NCBI RefSeq assembly: GCF_009914755.1
Contig: NC_060947.1
Length of the DNA stretch: 64,000 nt
Source of the DNA: the human T2T-CHM13v2.0 reference genome, Homo sapiens
Strand: one strand, 5' to 3'
Made by a program: the position numbers and the translations under genes. Below the pieces are notes generated by a model, which ran no database searches, was not told where the DNA came from, and saw only the letters and a list, made by a program, of their open reading frames with translations. Below are positions 60,741-64,000 of the stretch, in pieces (the stretch's first letter is position 1; the number at the start of each line of letters is the position of its first letter).

Positions 60741-61779
60741 TGATGAGAACACCCCACAAAGATGGCAGTATAGGCAGAGCCCCACCACTTAACTTGCCCC
60801 TGGAGTTCTCTCTGCTCCCCTCCCCGTTTCTCATGCACACATCTCTGCAACATTTTCCTCCCACCTCCTAACACTTTCAGAAGCTCCTCATCCTAGAAGT
60901 TGTTCTCCTGCTCCTTCGGTCAAGTGCTGGAAATTTCAACACTAATTTCTGCAGAGGCAGAAGAATGGAGTTTGTTTCAAGTCCTTGTGAAGGGATAAAA
61001 TGATTGGTACTTACAGCTGCTTCAAGGTCCTGTTGAAGCTGGATCTGGAGGAGGATCTTTTATGCACAGCTAGTCCCTGCGTGAGAGAATTCCGGTCTTG
61101 GAAGGATGCCTTCCCCTCCACAAAGACATCAGGCTAGCCCACAAGGGAAGATAGTTTACTTACCAATAACACTGTGTACCCACAGGCTCAGGCCACTTTT
61201 GTCAGAAGCAGAACAGGCTTTCCAAGGTCACCACGCTGTACTAAAACTTCACCTAATCATTAGAGAAAGACAACATGGCACATACACGTGATGTTTGGTA
61301 TCAAAATTGTGATCAGGAAGATGGCTGCATTCCCTGTTCCATAGTAAAACATAATATACCACCAATGAAATCAGCCAGTTCTGGAGAGATTACCACATGA
61401 TAGAGTGTTTCTGACCATGGGCTCTGGGCCAGACATTCTCTGGGAGTGCAAGATGGGAAAAAATATTTCCTTTTTTCAATCTTTTCCAGGTTATCTATTT
61501 CAAGGCAAGTTTGAAAATCAATAGTTCTGTTAGCAGTTTTCCTACACTACAATAGTATATCCTACAAGTGAAAGCTATCACATTCTTAGATTCTTTCGCT
61601 TTAGCTTTGATCAATTAGCTTTTACTACCAGCCTACATCTCAGAAGGAAGCATCTTTGATTTTTGTGTCAGATGAACTTCTCTTTGTGTAGGATTCACAA
61701 AATTCTAATTAAGAAATTATATTGGGGGAATGCGGTTTCTCTTAACTACAATATCAGAATATATAATAATTGCTGTTTC

Positions 61780-61960
61780 AGGGCCCACCATGTATGAGGT
61801 GCTTGACATATCTTACTGATAGTTTTCTTAAAATCCCTGTGACATAAGTTTCTTTCTTCCAGTTTCACAGATGAGGAAATTTAGGCTCAGAGGGGTAGAT
61901 TACTTGTCCCTGTTCACATGGCTAGGAAGTGCAGAGCTGGGATTTAAGAGGCATGCATCA
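61780..61960 (-). mobile_element. MIR
   Basis: ttcacagatgaggaaatttaggctcagagggg...gcagagctgggattt. Confidence 0.75.
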
Positions 61961-62524
61961 CAATCCATTGCCTACACTGGTCAGCAGTATCCCCACATTT
62001 TACACAGTCTTGGAAAGAAATCCCTGTGTCTCTGAAAGCCACTAATATAAATTTTAAAATTTCATACTGCTGTTACGTCATCCCTCTATTTTAGAGGTTG
62101 ACTCATGACAAATGCTATTTTTCTTTTCCTGTGAAATATTTAGTTTACAACATTATATTTGAGGGTGGCAGATTTGAAAAGGTATATATATGAATAAGTT
62201 AAGTAATGTTGATTTACCCCTTTTTGTGTGCTGAAAAGTATGCTATTCACTGTGTAGAGGCCCATGGACAAATGAATCTGCTTTCTAGTCCTGCGACACC
62301 TACCAGCTTCTAGAAGACTTTGCATGGCTCTTGATACACAAAAGCCACTTTCCTATGTGGAAAGCAACCAGTGTACTGCCTCCAATTTGGAAGTGGGTGT
62401 TTTTGCTATCAGTGTTTCAGTATGAAATGTATTCATTCAGTAAACCTTCTGCAATGCCTATATGTTTATGTAGTGTAACTGATTGATAGAGCATATGTAA
62501 AGACCAAGTAAAAACTGGTTCTTA

Positions 62525-62820
62525 GCCAGGCGCCGTGGCTCATGCCTGTAATCCCAGCACTTTGGGAGGCCGAGGTGGGCAGATCACAATGTCAGAAGTT
62601 CGAGACCAGCCTGGCCAACATGGTGAAACCCCGTCTCTACCAAAAATACAAAATACAAAAATTGGCCAGCTGTGGTGGCGAGTGCCTATAGTCCCAGCTA
62701 CTGGGGAGGCTGAGGCAGGAGAATTGCTTGAAACTGGAAAGTGGAGGTTGCAGGAGCCGAGATCATGCTACTGCACTCCAGCCTGGGCAACAAGAGCTAA
62801 ACTCCATCTCAAAAAAAAAA
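62525..62820 (+). mobile_element. AluS
   Basis: Full Alu with A-tail; TSD aaaa(c/t)tggttctta. Confidence 0.93.
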
Positions 62821-63502
62821 ATTGGTTCTTATTCATAACCAACTCCTAGGAAAACAAAACAAACAAAAAGAATGTAAATTCTTAGCTATACTCTGCACAG
62901 GGCGTATTTCCAGTGAAAGAGGGGAAAAGAGGGAGAGGAGATAAAAAATTTGATGGAGCAAGAGTAGAGGAAATAGGAGCAGGACTCACATCTGGAGGAA
63001 TGAATCCTTGTGACTATGAACATGCATGTCTGTGCTTGAAAATGCTGTTATTTGTGAGTTCAGAGGCGTGATTTCATATTCCGGCATGTTTATGCCTTTC
63101 ACCCAAACATTTAAATAATTGGATTAGCAATCTTATATTCATTCATTAATCTCCCCAGTTAATTTATTTTTAATCAATCACTTTTTACTTGTAAAGCCTA
63201 GGGGAATTTCTAAATTAATCCCACTGTGAGGACATTTCAGAAACTGAGAGATTATTAGAAAGGCATCAATTATGAAGCCAGGAATTCAGCAATACACTGG
63301 TACTAAAAGCTATTGACCAATGGGAGCTAGGTTAAAACAAAGTCCCCATGTTTCATGCATTGTGGTAGGCTCTGGGTTTGATAGGAACATTTAGGAACTT
63401 TGCAGGTGTCTCATGCAGAAAATCATGCAGGCATATCTTAACCCCACTGCCAGTGGTCTGTAAAGATTTGTCACAGTTATTTATCCGGGAGGTGTTTTAC
63501 AC

Positions 63503-63547
63503 TCACACACCCACACATGCACGTACACACACACACACACACACACA
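63503..63547. repeat. (CA)n microsatellite, imperfect 5' part
   Basis: cacacacccacacatgcacgtacacacacacacacacacacaca. Confidence 0.9.
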
Positions 63548-64000
63548 TCTCTTATAAATTAGAATCCTGGAATGCTGATTGAGTCACAGAGCTAGCTGGT
63601 GTTGGAGACTCTAAAGCCTCAAAGAATGTCTATCATACGAGTTTTCTATAATAAGTTATTTAGTTTAATTCAAAGCCACTGCCTGCCACTCCCCTGGCTT
63701 TGCTTGTCTGTTGTGGCCCCACAGGAGAATCCTGGAACTGAAATCTCTGCCTCATTTAAAGGGCAGGGACAGAAGGGGCAGCCCCAGCATCTGAGCCCTT
63801 CACACTGAGAATGACACCGTCTTACCTGGAAGTGTCCTCCATTGTTGCTGTCACACTTGAAGCTGCCTGTTCTCACAGCTACATTGTAATCAGTCTTCCC
63901 TACACAATATTTAGCATTCTCACCACTGTGCGTTTAGCTATACCTACTTTAATTTGCACCTTAGAGCTACGTAGGTTATGGCTGAGCCAAAAATGATTCT

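Overview
Mammalian (very probably human Xp11.22) genomic DNA, mostly made of interspersed repeats. It holds one protein-coding gene, NUDT11 (DIPP3-beta; minus strand, CDS 51243-51737, CpG-island promoter). Its stop codon appears split by a 4.2-kb intron (TA|gtatgt...ttccag|A), and its terminal exon runs 47042 to ~45300 using a poly(A) signal from an old L1. The rest is nested retroelements: a HERV-L/MLT2 remnant, a MER61/HUERS-P3-type provirus, a MER4-group provirus with an ERV9/LTR12 inside it, MST/MLT1 LTRs, and L1, L2, MIR and Alu copies. I found no clearly new biological system. The best leads are: (i) an ancient diverged duplication (~21.1-22.8 kb vs ~46.7-48.25 kb) whose best-conserved part is an exon-like cassette that NUDT11 uses as its last-exon acceptor; (ii) the split-stop, NMD-proof intron architecture; (iii) an apparent L1 3' transduction carrying an exon-like ORF fragment; (iv) a candidate spliced N-terminal extension of NUDT11. 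Repeat subfamily names come from recall of consensus sequences, not from a search. Boundaries without a quoted TSD are approximate.
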